Source: Candidatus Eiseniibacteriota bacterium
Lineage (GTDB): Bacteria; Eisenbacteria; RBG-16-71-46; CAVPCR01
Reading direction: 5' to 3'
Assembly: GCA_963702435.1 (NCBI GenBank)
Contig: CAVPCR010000001.1
Coordinates: 1,312,001 to 1,376,000, forward strand
DNA length: 64,000 bases
Part shown: piece by piece, positions 41,667 through 51,382 of the stretch
How the letters are laid out: each line of letters starts with the position of its first letter
Numbering within the stretch: the first letter of the stretch is position 1
Notes under the pieces: generated by a model
Told to the model about the DNA's origin: nothing
Database searches by the model: none
What the model saw: the letters and a program-made list of their open reading frames with translations, nothing else
Made by a program: the position numbers and the translations under genes

Positions 41667-41721
41667 TGAGGCAGGATGGCGGGATGAGCGCCCGGCCGGC
41701 ACCTGCGCTATGCTGCGCGCC

Positions 41722-43632
41722 ATGAGTCCGCTCCTGCTTGCCGCCGCCCTCCTCGCCTTCGCCGCAGCGCCCGCCCCGGCTGCCGCCCAGGACCGCGAGC
41801 TCTACTGGAAGGAGCTCGCGGTCGCCGCCCAGCTCGACGCCGCGGGCCGCCTCCACGTGACCGAGCGCCAGGTCATGGTCTTCACCGGCGACTGGAACGG
41901 CGGCGAGCGCGTCTTCCTCCTCGCCGGCGATCAGGAGCTCGATCTCGAGTCGGTGACCCGCATCGACGCGGACGGCGAGGAGACGCGGCTCGACCAGGGC
42001 AGCCTCGATGTCATGAACCAGTTCGACTGGGCCGGCGCGAACACGCTCCGCTGGCGGAGCCGCGATCCCGCCGGCCCCGCGTTCGACCACACCGAGATCA
42101 CCTACGTCCTCGTCTACACGCTCTCGAAGATCCTCGTCCCGCAGGGCGGCGATCGCTATCTCCTCGATCACGACTTCGCATTCCGGGACCGCGAGGGCGT
42201 GATCGAGCAGTTCACGCTCGATCTCGACATCCATCCGGTCTGGCAGCCGCGCTCGGGATACGCGGCGCACAGCGGGCCGCTGTCGCCGGGCACGGGCTAC
42301 ATCGTGCGCATGCCGCTCCGCTACGGCGGCGTCGGCCGCCCCGCTGCGGTCCTCGCCATGGCGCCGCCCGGGCTCCGCCGGGGCCTCGCCGCCGCGCTGG
42401 TCGCGCTGCTCGTCGTGCTGCTCGCCGGTCTCTTCCGGCGCGAGGCCGCGCTCGGCCGCTTCGCCCCGCTCCCGCCCGAGTCGGCCATCGACCCGGACTG
42501 GCTCGCCGAGCACGTGCTGGCCTTCCCGCCCGAGGTGGTGGGCGCCGCCTACGACGACACGACCGGTGCTGCCGAGGTGGCGGCGGTGATCGCGCGCATG
42601 GTGGCCGAGCGGAAGATTCAGAGCCGAGTGCGACAGGAGAAGTTCTGGATCTTCACCAAGAACGTGCTCGAGCTCACGCTCCTCGTCGACCGCGACACGC
42701 TCGAGGGCTACGAGCGCCCGCTCGTGGATGCGCTCTTCATTGCCGGGAAGTCGACGAGCACGGAGAAGATCGCGGCCCACTACCGGAAGTCGGGCTTCGA
42801 TCCGGCGGCCCTGGTCCGCGAGCCGCTCGCCCGCCAGGTGCGCCTCCTCCGCGGTCTCGGCGCGAAACGCAGCGGCCCCTCGCTGAAGCCCCTCCTCCTC
42901 CTCGTGCCCATCACGATCGCCGCCTTCTTCTTCGCCGGTATCAGGCGGCCCTCGGAGATCCTCCTGATCCCGATCGGGCTCTTCGGCGGGATCCTGTGGA
43001 CGGTCGTCACCGCCGGGAACGCCTACGCCTGGCGGCGGAGCGTCAAGTCGCCCGCGGTCGCTGCGCTCCGCTTCCTGATCCCGCTCCTCCTCGGCCTCGG
43101 CGTCCTGATCGCGGTGATCCTCACGCGCGATCGGCTGTCGGCGCCGGGTGCGCTCGCGCTCGCGCTCCTCGGCGGGACCGGGATCGCGTTCAGCGTGCGC
43201 GCGGCACGCTCGGCCGACACCGCCGCGGGGATCGCGCTCCGCAAGCGACTCGCCGCGGCGCGGCGCCACTTCGCGCGCGAGCTCCGCCGGGAGGAGCCGC
43301 GCCTCGACGATGCATGGTTCCCCTACCTGATCGCGCTCGGGCTCGGCAAGAACGTGGATCGCTGGTTCCACGCGTTCGGCGGCGAGAGCAGGGGGACCGG
43401 AAGCAGCGTGAGCACCGGCGGCCTGGGCCGCGGCAGTTTCGGGGGCGGTCACCCGACGGGCGGCGGCTGGACCGGCGGCGGCGGCACCTTCGGCGGCGGC
43501 GGCGCGAGCGGCACCTGGGTGGCCGCAGCCGGCGCGCTGGCGGCCGGCGTGTCGCGGCCGAGCTCGAGCTCGAGCGGCGGCGGCGGCGGCGGCGGATCGA
43601 GCTCGGGCGGCGGCGGCGGCGGCGGATGGTAG
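41722..43632 (+). CDS. DUF2207-like membrane protein with Gly/Ser-rich tail
   Basis: Signal peptide; LHVTERQ..F.GDWNGGER; PYLIALGL; C-terminal GGGGGGGW. Confidence 0.82.
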   Translation: MSPLLLAAALLAFAAAPAPAAAQDRELYWKELAVAAQLDAAGRLHVTERQVMVFTGDWNGGERVFLLAGDQELDLESVTRIDADGEETRLDQGSLDVMNQFDWAGANTLRWRSRDPAGPAFDHTEITYVLVYTLSKILVPQGGDRYLLDHDFAFRDREGVIEQFTLDLDIHPVWQPRSGYAAHSGPLSPGTGYIVRMPLRYGGVGRPAAVLAMAPPGLRRGLAAALVALLVVLLAGLFRREAALGRFAPLPPESAIDPDWLAEHVLAFPPEVVGAAYDDTTGAAEVAAVIARMVAERKIQSRVRQEKFWIFTKNVLELTLLVDRDTLEGYERPLVDALFIAGKSTSTEKIAAHYRKSGFDPAALVREPLARQVRLLRGLGAKRSGPSLKPLLLLVPITIAAFFFAGIRRPSEILLIPIGLFGGILWTVVTAGNAYAWRRSVKSPAVAALRFLIPLLLGLGVLIAVILTRDRLSAPGALALALLGGTGIAFSVRAARSADTAAGIALRKRLAAARRHFARELRREEPRLDDAWFPYLIALGLGKNVDRWFHAFGGESRGTGSSVSTGGLGRGSFGGGHPTGGGWTGGGGTFGGGGASGTWVAAAGALAAGVSRPSSSSSGGGGGGGSSSGGGGGGGW

Positions 43633-43693
43633 CGAGTATCAGGTCTCAGGGCGGCGGCGGCGGCGGCGGTGCGCCGGCAAGGAGCAGAACGCG

Positions 43694-44206
43694 ATGACGC
43701 GACTGATGGATTCGATGATCGGCGAGCTCGAGCGCGAGGCGGCGGGAACCCGCCGTCTCCTCGAGCGCATTCCGGAGGACAAGCTCGACTGGATGCCGCA
43801 TCCGAAGTCGATGCCGCTCCGAAAGCTCGCGCTCCACATCGCGCTGATCCCGGAGCGCATCACCTCGATGCTCGCGCACGACTCGGTCGAGATGACGACC
43901 CTCCAGTTCGACACGCCGCCCTCGGAGACGGTCGCCGACATCCTGGCCGCGCTCGAGAAGAGCGTCGCGGCGGCGAAGGCGCGTCTCGCTGCCACGGACG
44001 ACGGTCGCGCCGAAGCGGTCTGGACCATGTATCGCGAGGGCCAGGTGTTCCGCTCGATGCCGCGCATCGCGTTCGCGCGGACGGTGCTCTTGAACCACTG
44101 GTACCACCACCGCGGGCAGCTCACGGTGTACCTGCGGATGCTCGACGTGCCGCTCCCGGCGACCTACGGGAGCTCGGCCGACGAGGGTCCCTTCGCCGCG
44201 CGCTGA
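43694..44206 (+). CDS. DinB family protein
   Basis: [21 protein letters not shown]. Confidence 0.9.
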   Translation: MTRLMDSMIGELEREAAGTRRLLERIPEDKLDWMPHPKSMPLRKLALHIALIPERITSMLAHDSVEMTTLQFDTPPSETVADILAALEKSVAAAKARLAATDDGRAEAVWTMYREGQVFRSMPRIAFARTVLLNHWYHHRGQLTVYLRMLDVPLPATYGSSADEGPFAAR

Positions 44207-44670
44207 CCGGCCGCGGCCGCGGACGGGAGCAGCGCCGCACGCACGGCCCTTTGGCGAAAGGCGAAGATCCGCGCGAGCTGCGGGCGCACGAGCGGCAGCG
44301 CGAGATCGCCGAGCGGCGACAGCGGCAGGCGATAGCGGACAAGGTCGGCGACGCGCGTACCCGCCGGCGTCTCGGTGAAGGCGTGCGTGTGCACCCAGAG
44401 CGCGTAGGGACCACGGAGCTGCTCGTCCACGAACTGGCGCGGCGGGTCCCAGGCCGAGATCAAGGTCGTCCAGCGGAACGGGAGGCCGAAGAGGCGGAGC
44501 TGGTATTCGATGAGCGCCCCCTGGTGCATGCCGCCGGGGGGCTCCGCCAGGATCCGGAAGCGGAGCTCGGGCGGGGTGATGCACTCGAGGTTCCGCGCCT
44601 CCGCGAAGAAGGCGAACACGGTGTCGCGAGGGAGCGGCAGATCGAGCGTGGCTTCGAGGACGTGTTCCAT
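44164..44670 (-). CDS. SRPBCC family protein
   Basis: VFAFF...[26 protein letters not shown]. Confidence 0.88.
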   Translation of the reverse strand: MEHVLEATLDLPLPRDTVFAFFAEARNLECITPPELRFRILAEPPGGMHQGALIEYQLRLFGLPFRWTTLISAWDPPRQFVDEQLRGPYALWVHTHAFTETPAGTRVADLVRYRLPLSPLGDLALPLVRPQLARIFAFRQRAVRAALLPSAAAAGQRAAKGPSSAELP

Positions 44671-44756
44671 GGGATCTCCCGTGACCAGTGCGATGCGGAG
44701 CGCCCGAGCGGGGGTTTGGGCGCCATCGCCCACCTGACGACCCGGAAGCACGGTCA

Positions 44757-45566
44757 TCAGCCTGGTGCGGTACCCTTGACCGCCCAGGCCAACGCTGCGT
44801 AGGACCGAGGTCCGTCGGCCTCACCATCCAGGTAGGCGGACTTGACAGCTTCTTCGAGCCGCGCGCGCTCAGCTTCATTGAGGGTGCCGACGTACTCTGC
44901 GCCGGGGCCTTCTCTGCCGATGTACGGAGCCCAGTAGTCGGCAAACGATGCGAACTCCATCCGGATGCACAGCACGGCCGCGGTGACATCGTGGAACCCT
45001 GCGGCCCGCCAGGCCGCGGCCAGTTCACCTGGCCGGGTCATTGGACGCGTGTAGTTCCGGGCGCGACGCTCGCCCGCCCTGGGGTCCAGTGCGGCGGCCG
45101 TGTCAAAGAACATCCGGTTCGCAACGTACCCGCCCCGGGCGTCCCAGACCGCAGCCCCAACGACGCTGCCCGGCCTGGCAACTCTCTTCATCTCGGCGAT
45201 GGCCTCTGCGGTCCGGGGCACGAAGTGCAGGGCGAGCAGGGAGAGCACGCGGTCGAAGCTGCCGTCGGGGAAGTCCAGAGCGCACGCATCGCCTACATGA
45301 AAGAGCAATCGCGGATCCGAGCCGCGCTTTCTTGCATACTCGATGTAGACAGGTGAGAGATCCACGCCGTGAACTTCAGCGGCTCCAGACACGCCGGCAA
45401 GTGCGAAGGCAAGATGGCCGGTGCCGCATCCGACATCGAGTACGCGTTCCTTGTCGCCTGTTCCGACGAAGTCGAGGAACGGCAAAGCCAGCTGTCGGCT
45501 CCAACGGCCCATGGTCAATTCATAACCGTCACCATCGGCAGCAAGGAATGTCGAGGAGGTGCTCGT
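44757..45566 (-). CDS. Class I SAM-dependent methyltransferase (apparent ACG start at 45566; alternative ATG near 45512)
   Basis: [42 protein letters not shown] upstream of ACG. Confidence 0.85.
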   Translation of the reverse strand, partial: TSTSSTFLAADGDGYELTMGRWSRQLALPFLDFVGTGDKERVLDVGCGTGHLAFALAGVSGAAEVHGVDLSPVYIEYARKRGSDPRLLFHVGDACALDFPDGSFDRVLSLLALHFVPRTAEAIAEMKRVARPGSVVGAAVWDARGGYVANRMFFDTAAALDPRAGERRARNYTRPMTRPGELAAAWRAAGFHDVTAAVLCIRMEFASFADYWAPYIGREGPGAEYVGTLNEAERARLEEAVKSAYLDGEADGPRSYAALAWAVKGTAPG

Positions 45567-45671
45567 GATGATCTCCTGGTGACGCGGCCGGTGATCCGGT
45601 CGGAAAGCGCGTGGCGAAGACGTTTCGCGACAGGCGCGGATTGTACTGCACTTCCGATCGTCGCACGTCTC

Positions 45672-46896
45672 TCAGCCGGTGCCGACTGCCTGGAAGAACG
45701 CGACCAGCCGATCGGTCCGCCGGTCCCAGGTGTAGGCGGCGACGTCCTCGCGCGCCCGCGCCGCGAGCGCCGCGCCGAGCAGGCGATCGCCGAGCACGGT
45801 CGCGATGCCGCCGGCGAGCGCCGCCGGCGATTCCGGCGCGACAAGGAGCGCATTCTCCCGGTCGCGGAGCACCTCGCGGATCGCCGGAAGATCGGAGGCC
45901 ACGATCGGCGCGCCGCTCGCCATGTACTCGAAGAGCTTGATGGGCGAGGAGAAGAACCCGCCGATCACCGTGCGCCGGTTGGGGAGAACGAGACAGTCCG
46001 CCCGGCGATAGAGCGCGGCGACCTCGCCGTGCGGGACCAGGCCGCGGAAGCGCACCCGCTCGCCGACGCCCTGCGCCGTGGCGAGCGCGGCGAGCTCGGC
46101 GACCCGCGATCCCGCGGGATCGCCGCCGACCACCTCGAGCACCGCCCCGGGCGGGACCGCGCCCATGGCCGCGATCAGCGTCTCGACACCCTTCCACGGG
46201 AGGAGCTGGCCCGCGTAGAGAACGAGCGGCGCCGCGCCGGCATCCGCGTCCGGCGCCGGGCGGCGATCCCACCGGCGGCGATCCCGCTGCCGCGAGCGCC
46301 GTGCCGCTCCGGATGGTGGCGAGCGGGAACCCGCTCGGCAGCGCCCGCGCGAGCAGCACCCGGCAGGCATCGGTGATCGCGATCGCGCCGTCGGCGCCGG
46401 CGAGATCCCGCGCCTCGGGCAGATCCGCGATCGGCGCCGCTCCGGCATGGAGCGCCGCCACGTCGTCGTACGGGCGCTCGAGCAGCGACGGCACGTCGTG
46501 CACCTCGATCACGATGCGGAAGCGGGTGCGCGTGAGCCGGCGGAAACGCACGAGCTCGCGCACGGTGCGGACCTTGCGCACGAAGACGACGATCTCGGCG
46601 GCATCACCGGCGCGATGGTGGCGGACGAGCGTGCGGAGCCAGTGCCAGCGGCTCCACAGGCTCGCGTGACTGCGGCTGCTCGAGGGCGAGAGGTGGACGT
46701 GAAGGGCGGGCGGCGCCGCGAGCCCGTAACGGGCGAGCCCGGCCGCGATCGAGTCGATCCGCAGCTCCGGATTGGGCTTGGCGAAGAGATGCGTCTCGAT
46801 GCCGCGGGCGGCGAGCCCCACGCCGGTGTGGAGCATCTGCACGGTGTGTGCCCGCTCGCTCGGGAAGAAGAACTGATGCAGGTAGACAACGATCAT
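45672..46896 (-). CDS. Glycosyltransferase family 4; frameshift near 46260
   Basis: YAGQLLPWKGV, FRGLVPH, SSPIKLFEYMASGAPIVASDLP. Confidence 0.88.
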
Positions 46897-47010
46897 CGGT
46901 CGCGTCCTGTCGCCCGTGCCCCCCGGCTCTTCCGCCCGGCATCATAGCGCGATCGGAAGACGAGGGCGGAGACTACCCGGCGCCCGCCCGCCCCTGCTAC
47001 GATCCCCGCC

Positions 47011-48702
47011 ATGCCAGTCGCGGTCCCGTTCCTCGTCGCCGTGATCCTCTTCACCATCGCCTTCTTCACCTACGGCCGGTTCCTCGCCCGGCTCTTCGGG
47101 CTCGACCCGCGGCGGCCGACCCCGGCGATCGAGCAGGAGGACGGCGTCGACTTCGTGCCGACCCGGCGCATCTACCTCCTCGGCCAGCACTTCTCCGCGA
47201 TCACCGCCGCCGGCCCCATCGTCGGCCCGATCGTCGCCGCCATCTACTTCGGCTGGCTGCCGGCGTTCCTCTGGGTGCTCCTCGGCGCCATCTTCATCGG
47301 GGCCATGCACGACTTCTCGGCGCTCGTCGGCTCGGTGCGGCACGGCGCCCGCTCGGTCGCCGAGATCATCCGCGAGCACATGACCCGGCGCGCGTTCCTC
47401 CTCTTCCTCTCGTTCGTGTGGCTTGCCCTCATCTACATCATCGTCGCCTTCACCGACATCACGGCGCGCGCCTTCGTCGACACGCTCGCCCTTCCCGACG
47501 GGCGCCAGGTCGCGGGCGGCGGGGTGGCCGCCGCCTCGATGCTCTACCTCGGCCTTGGCGTCGCCATGGGCCTCGCCATGCGCTGGCTCCGCCTCCCGCT
47601 CTGGCTCGCCACGCTCGTCTTCGTCCCGCTCGTCGGCGTCGCCATCTGGTACGGACAGCGGATCCCGATCACGCTCCCCGCGATCGGCGGCAGCGCGGTG
47701 CGCACCTGGGACTACGTGATCCTCGTCTACTGCGGAATAGCCTCGGTCCTCCCGATGTGGGCGCTCCTGCAACCGCGCGGCTACCTCGGCGGCTTCTTCC
47801 TCTACGCGGTGCTCGGCGCCGCCTTCGCCGGCATCCTCCTCGGAGGGAGCACCATCCAGTACCCGGCGTTCCTCGGCTTCACCTCGGAGAAGATCGGACC
47901 ACTCTTCCCCGTCCTCTTCATCACGATCGCGTGCGGGGCCTGCTCGGGATTCCACGGCATCGTGTGCTCGGGCACGACCTCGAAGCAGCTCCACAAGGAG
48001 ACGGATGCGCACCTGGTCGGCTACGGCGGCATGCTCCTCGAGGGAGTGGTCGCCGTCGTCTCGCTCGTGACCGTGATGGTGCTCGCCCGCGGGAGCGCGG
48101 AGGCGGCCGCCGATCCGAACACGATCTATGCGCGCGGCATCGGCAACTTCCTCGGCACCTTCGGTGTCGATCCCACCTTCGCCGTCGCCTTCGGGCTCCT
48201 TGCCTTCACGACCTTCGTCTACGACACGCTCGACGTCGCGACGCGCCTCGGCCGCTACATCTTCCAGGAGCTCGCCGGGAAGCAGGGGCGCGGGATGGCC
48301 TGGGCGGCAACCATCGCGACGCTCGTCCTCCCCGCGATCTTCATGTCGGCGCAGCTCCACGACGCGCGCGGCAACGAGGTCCCGGCGTGGCGCGTCTTCT
48401 GGACCATCTTCGGCTCCTCGAACCAGCTCCTCGCCGCGCTCACGCTCCTCGGGCTTGCGGTGTGGCTCCGGCGCACCGGGCGGCGCACGGCCGCCTGGCT
48501 GGTGAGCGTGCCGATGGCGTTCATGATGACGATGACCCTGTGGTCGCTCGGGCGCATCCTGGCGGGATCGATCGCCCGCCTCCGCGCCGGCGGGCCCCCC
48601 GACCCGGTCGGGCCGGTGGCGCTCGTCCTCGCCGCGCTCGCCGTGCTCCTCATCATCGAGGCGGCGCGCAGCCTCGCCCGCGCATCCCGCGCACGTTCCT
48701 GA
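47011..48702 (+). CDS. cstA: Carbon starvation protein A (peptide/pyruvate transporter)
   Basis: DGVDFVPT, HFSAITAAGPIVGP, GAMHDF, ITIACGACSGFH, GYGGMLLEG, FGSSNQLL. Confidence 0.95.
   Translation: MPVAVPFLVAVILFTIAFFTYGRFLARLFGLDPRRPTPAIEQEDGVDFVPTRRIYLLGQHFSAITAAGPIVGPIVAAIYFGWLPAFLWVLLGAIFIGAMHDFSALVGSVRHGARSVAEIIREHMTRRAFLLFLSFVWLALIYIIVAFTDITARAFVDTLALPDGRQVAGGGVAAASMLYLGLGVAMGLAMRWLRLPLWLATLVFVPLVGVAIWYGQRIPITLPAIGGSAVRTWDYVILVYCGIASVLPMWALLQPRGYLGGFFLYAVLGAAFAGILLGGSTIQYPAFLGFTSEKIGPLFPVLFITIACGACSGFHGIVCSGTTSKQLHKETDAHLVGYGGMLLEGVVAVVSLVTVMVLARGSAEAAADPNTIYARGIGNFLGTFGVDPTFAVAFGLLAFTTFVYDTLDVATRLGRYIFQELAGKQGRGMAWAATIATLVLPAIFMSAQLHDARGNEVPAWRVFWTIFGSSNQLLAALTLLGLAVWLRRTGRRTAAWLVSVPMAFMMTMTLWSLGRILAGSIARLRAGGPPDPVGPVALVLAALAVLLIIEAARSLARASRARS
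48577..48678 (+). repeat. Left copy of the island-flanking direct repeat (cstA 3' end; attL-like)
   Basis: 89/102 nt identical to 62256-62357 by manual alignment; exact 27-bp core TCGGGCCGGTGGCGCTCGTCCTCGCCG at 48608-48634. Confidence 0.9.
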
Positions 48703-48718
48703 TCTGTGGCCGATAGCC

Positions 48719-51382
48719 CTAGCCGGCAAACCCCGTTCTCAGTTCATCAACAAACTCACTGAGAACGGCGCGCGGCTCCCCGCCGAAGGCATCGGAGGGG
48801 GGGATGACTTCCTCGTCGAGGAGGGCCCTGAAGGGAATGGTGAAGGAGCCCTTGAACTGAACCTCACCCGCGGCACTTTGAAGTCGCAGGACCGCTACCC
48901 TGTCGTCAGCTCGCGAAGCCCGATGGCGAACGACGCAGAACCCCGCCGTTCCCTGCCATAGAAGCTCGCCAGGCCGCAGTTCGTCGGCGCGGATCCGATC
49001 GCGGATCTCGGCAGGCGTCGTGCGATTCACAGCAGCTTCCAGGAGACGCAACGCCTGTCCTCGTCGCATCAGGAGGGTCCACTCCGCCTCAGCCTGATTC
49101 ATGAGGGCCTCCCGGCTCATGCTGGGGTCCGCAGTGTGCGAGAGAAGCACGGCAAGTTCCTCGGCAATCTTGCCGGGCTCGCCGCCTTGCCAGAGCCAAG
49201 GCAATCGAGCAACGGCGAGCACAGCTGCAAGTGCGAACCTCGACGCTTCGGGCGTCGCGTCGTTGCTCGTTATCGCGAGCTTCCAACCGATGAGTGCCGC
49301 CGAGAGTTCGGCCGATTGCATGTCATGAGCGAAGGCCTCGCGGTCCTCCGCCATGCGGGCCCGGTGCTCGAGCCACCCCACGTTCCCTTGCGGCTCGGAT
49401 GAGAAGAACAGCGAGACCCACACCCTCTGCGTGAGGTCGAAGAAGCGCTTGAGCTCGACCCAGCCTTCCCGGAGACCGAGGCGGAGAAGCGCCGACGCGA
49501 CCCTGAGGTCAGCGGCGAGGTACTCCGCTCCGCGGGTCGCGAGGAACTCCGTGCTCGTCATCGCGTCCTCGAGCTGACCGAGGAGGGTTTCGATGCGGCG
49601 CTTGTCGCGCTCAGTGAAATCAGTGGCGGATGGCTTCCATGGTGACAACTGGAGTGACTCAGGGCGATCGACGATGTCGTCGTTGTCATCGCCTTCGTCG
49701 CTGTCACTACTGCCTGGGGTTCGTCCTTCGCCCTCTGATTCTTCTGCCACCATCCCGAACCACCGCAGCAGGAGCTGCTGCAGTGCCTTGATATGTCCGC
49801 TCTCGCCCATGAGGAAGGGTATCCGGATCGAGCCAAGGTTGGGCCTGCGGTAGCCGGGAGAGAAAACATCTGCGGCCGTGAACTCCACCTCTCCGCCAGG
49901 CTTCCCCTTGTTCAAGCCGCGTGAGGTGGCTCTGCCGGCTCGGACCGGCATGTAGCTGAGGTGCTTGCAGAACACATCCAGCACGTCGGCCCAGCCGCTG
50001 GCATTCCATTCCCCCGGTTGGATCCGCGCGCGGATGCTGTCGGCGAGACTCCTGCCGCGCGCCGTGGAGCGAAGATGACGCTCGTGGTCGATCCAGGTCG
50101 GGACTGATTGGAGGATCTCTCCGTCTACTCGAGCAAGGACCGCTACGACCCTGGGTTCCACGGCACAAATTGCGCGCAGAATACCCTTGCCGACGATCTC
50201 GAAGCGGATCGTTACTGCATCGACCAGGCACTCCATCACCTCCGCAGTCGGTGGTGTGTATGCGACGAGCAGGCTACGCACCTCGAACCTCGCTGCGAGC
50301 ACGCGGAGCACTGGCCTCGTTGAACCTCCGTCAACGGCATCATCTGTCGCCGGCACATCACGAAGCGCGACCGGCTCGGCGGAGAGCTTCAGCTCGCCAA
50401 GGAACTCCGCCTCGAACTCCGCTGGCGTCAGGCTTTGGACTGCCTGAAGCTCGGCGTTGCCCGACCTGCCGGATGTTGTCAGCGCCGCCCTGGAGCAATT
50501 GGCGCTGCCGGCCATGACGAGTACTTCCTGGCTGCGACGAAACGCATAGAACTTGCCGTGCACGAAGGCCGATCGTTCCCCGTGGGCGCTGACTCGTGTG
50601 AGATCCACGCGCTGAAGTACCGCCCGGCCGGAGGCCGATTTCCAGGAACGTTGTGTGAGCGTCGATCGCTCGGGCTGGCAGAGCACTGTCGCGCGCCGTG
50701 CGTCCACCCTGGCGACGAGCTCGCCTAGTGCGATGCCGTGGTCGTCGAAGTAAGGCGAGCAGATCACGAGTTCGTCGATAGGATCGCTGCTGGCCGCGCC
50801 TAGCATTTGGTCCAGAAGTGAGCTTCCTGATCCCATGCGACCAATGAGCCGCGCGTCGCCAATGGGCTCTGTCGATAGCCATGGCTTGTTCTTGGGATCG
50901 AACGCCTCGTCAACCTCTGCCGCGACTGCTTCGGGCAGTGGTAGGCGTGCCAGGATGCTGGTCAGGTAGCCCTTGAATGCGTGGAACGGCGCTGCGCTAT
51001 CATGCGTGCTATCGAAGCGCAGCCATATCTCGGCGTTCTCGCGCCAGCCGCCGAAGGTGAGGTTGCCACTCCCCACAAGGAGCGTTGCCGCCTCCTCGCC
51101 TGAGAGGAACACGGCCTTCGGATGGAACCGGAAGCCCGGACCCATCGCGACCGGCACGACACGATACCGCACTCCCAGGCCAGCGAGAGCAGGTTGCTGC
51201 TGCGCGAATGACTCGGCCGCGCACGCGGCGTCAGCAAAGATAGTGATGGTCGGATGACCGCAACGCCGAAAGGCAGCGAGTGCTATCGTCTGAACAAAGA
51301 CGAAGTCGATGTTGTGGGTGAGGATGATGGCATTGGAGACGTCCTTTGCGGATGAGATGGCCTTGAGCACGTCGTCACGCAT
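48719..51382 (-). CDS. Phospholipase D-superfamily (putative nuclease) protein with two HxK motifs and a long C-terminal region
   Basis: FHPKAVF...VGSGNLT..GW..NAE and VHGKFY...AGSANCSRAAL...NAE; CSPYFD. Confidence 0.85.
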   Translation of the reverse strand: MRDDVLKAISSAKDVSNAIILTHNIDFVFVQTIALAAFRRCGHPTITIFADAACAAESFAQQQPALAGLGVRYRVVPVAMGPGFRFHPKAVFLSGEEAATLLVGSGNLTFGGWRENAEIWLRFDSTHDSAAPFHAFKGYLTSILARLPLPEAVAAEVDEAFDPKNKPWLSTEPIGDARLIGRMGSGSSLLDQMLGAASSDPIDELVICSPYFDDHGIALGELVARVDARRATVLCQPERSTLTQRSWKSASGRAVLQRVDLTRVSAHGERSAFVHGKFYAFRRSQEVLVMAGSANCSRAALTTSGRSGNAELQAVQSLTPAEFEAEFLGELKLSAEPVALRDVPATDDAVDGGSTRPVLRVLAARFEVRSLLVAYTPPTAEVMECLVDAVTIRFEIVGKGILRAICAVEPRVVAVLARVDGEILQSVPTWIDHERHLRSTARGRSLADSIRARIQPGEWNASGWADVLDVFCKHLSYMPVRAGRATSRGLNKGKPGGEVEFTAADVFSPGYRRPNLGSIRIPFLMGESGHIKALQQLLLRWFGMVAEESEGEGRTPGSSDSDEGDDNDDIVDRPESLQLSPWKPSATDFTERDKRRIETLLGQLEDAMTSTEFLATRGAEYLAADLRVASALLRLGLREGWVELKRFFDLTQRVWVSLFFSSEPQGNVGWLEHRARMAEDREAFAHDMQSAELSAALIGWKLAITSNDATPEASRFALAAVLAVARLPWLWQGGEPGKIAEELAVLLSHTADPSMSREALMNQAEAEWTLLMRRGQALRLLEAAVNRTTPAEIRDRIRADELRPGELLWQGTAGFCVVRHRASRADDRVAVLRLQSAAGEVQFKGSFTIPFRALLDEEVIPPSDAFGGEPRAVLSEFVDELRTGFAG

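Noticed and set aside
39874..41721. Long N-terminal extension of the DUF2207 ORF
   Set aside because: Out-of-frame overlap with the BTAD regulator, Arg/Ser/Pro-rich; the signal peptide begins at ~41722.
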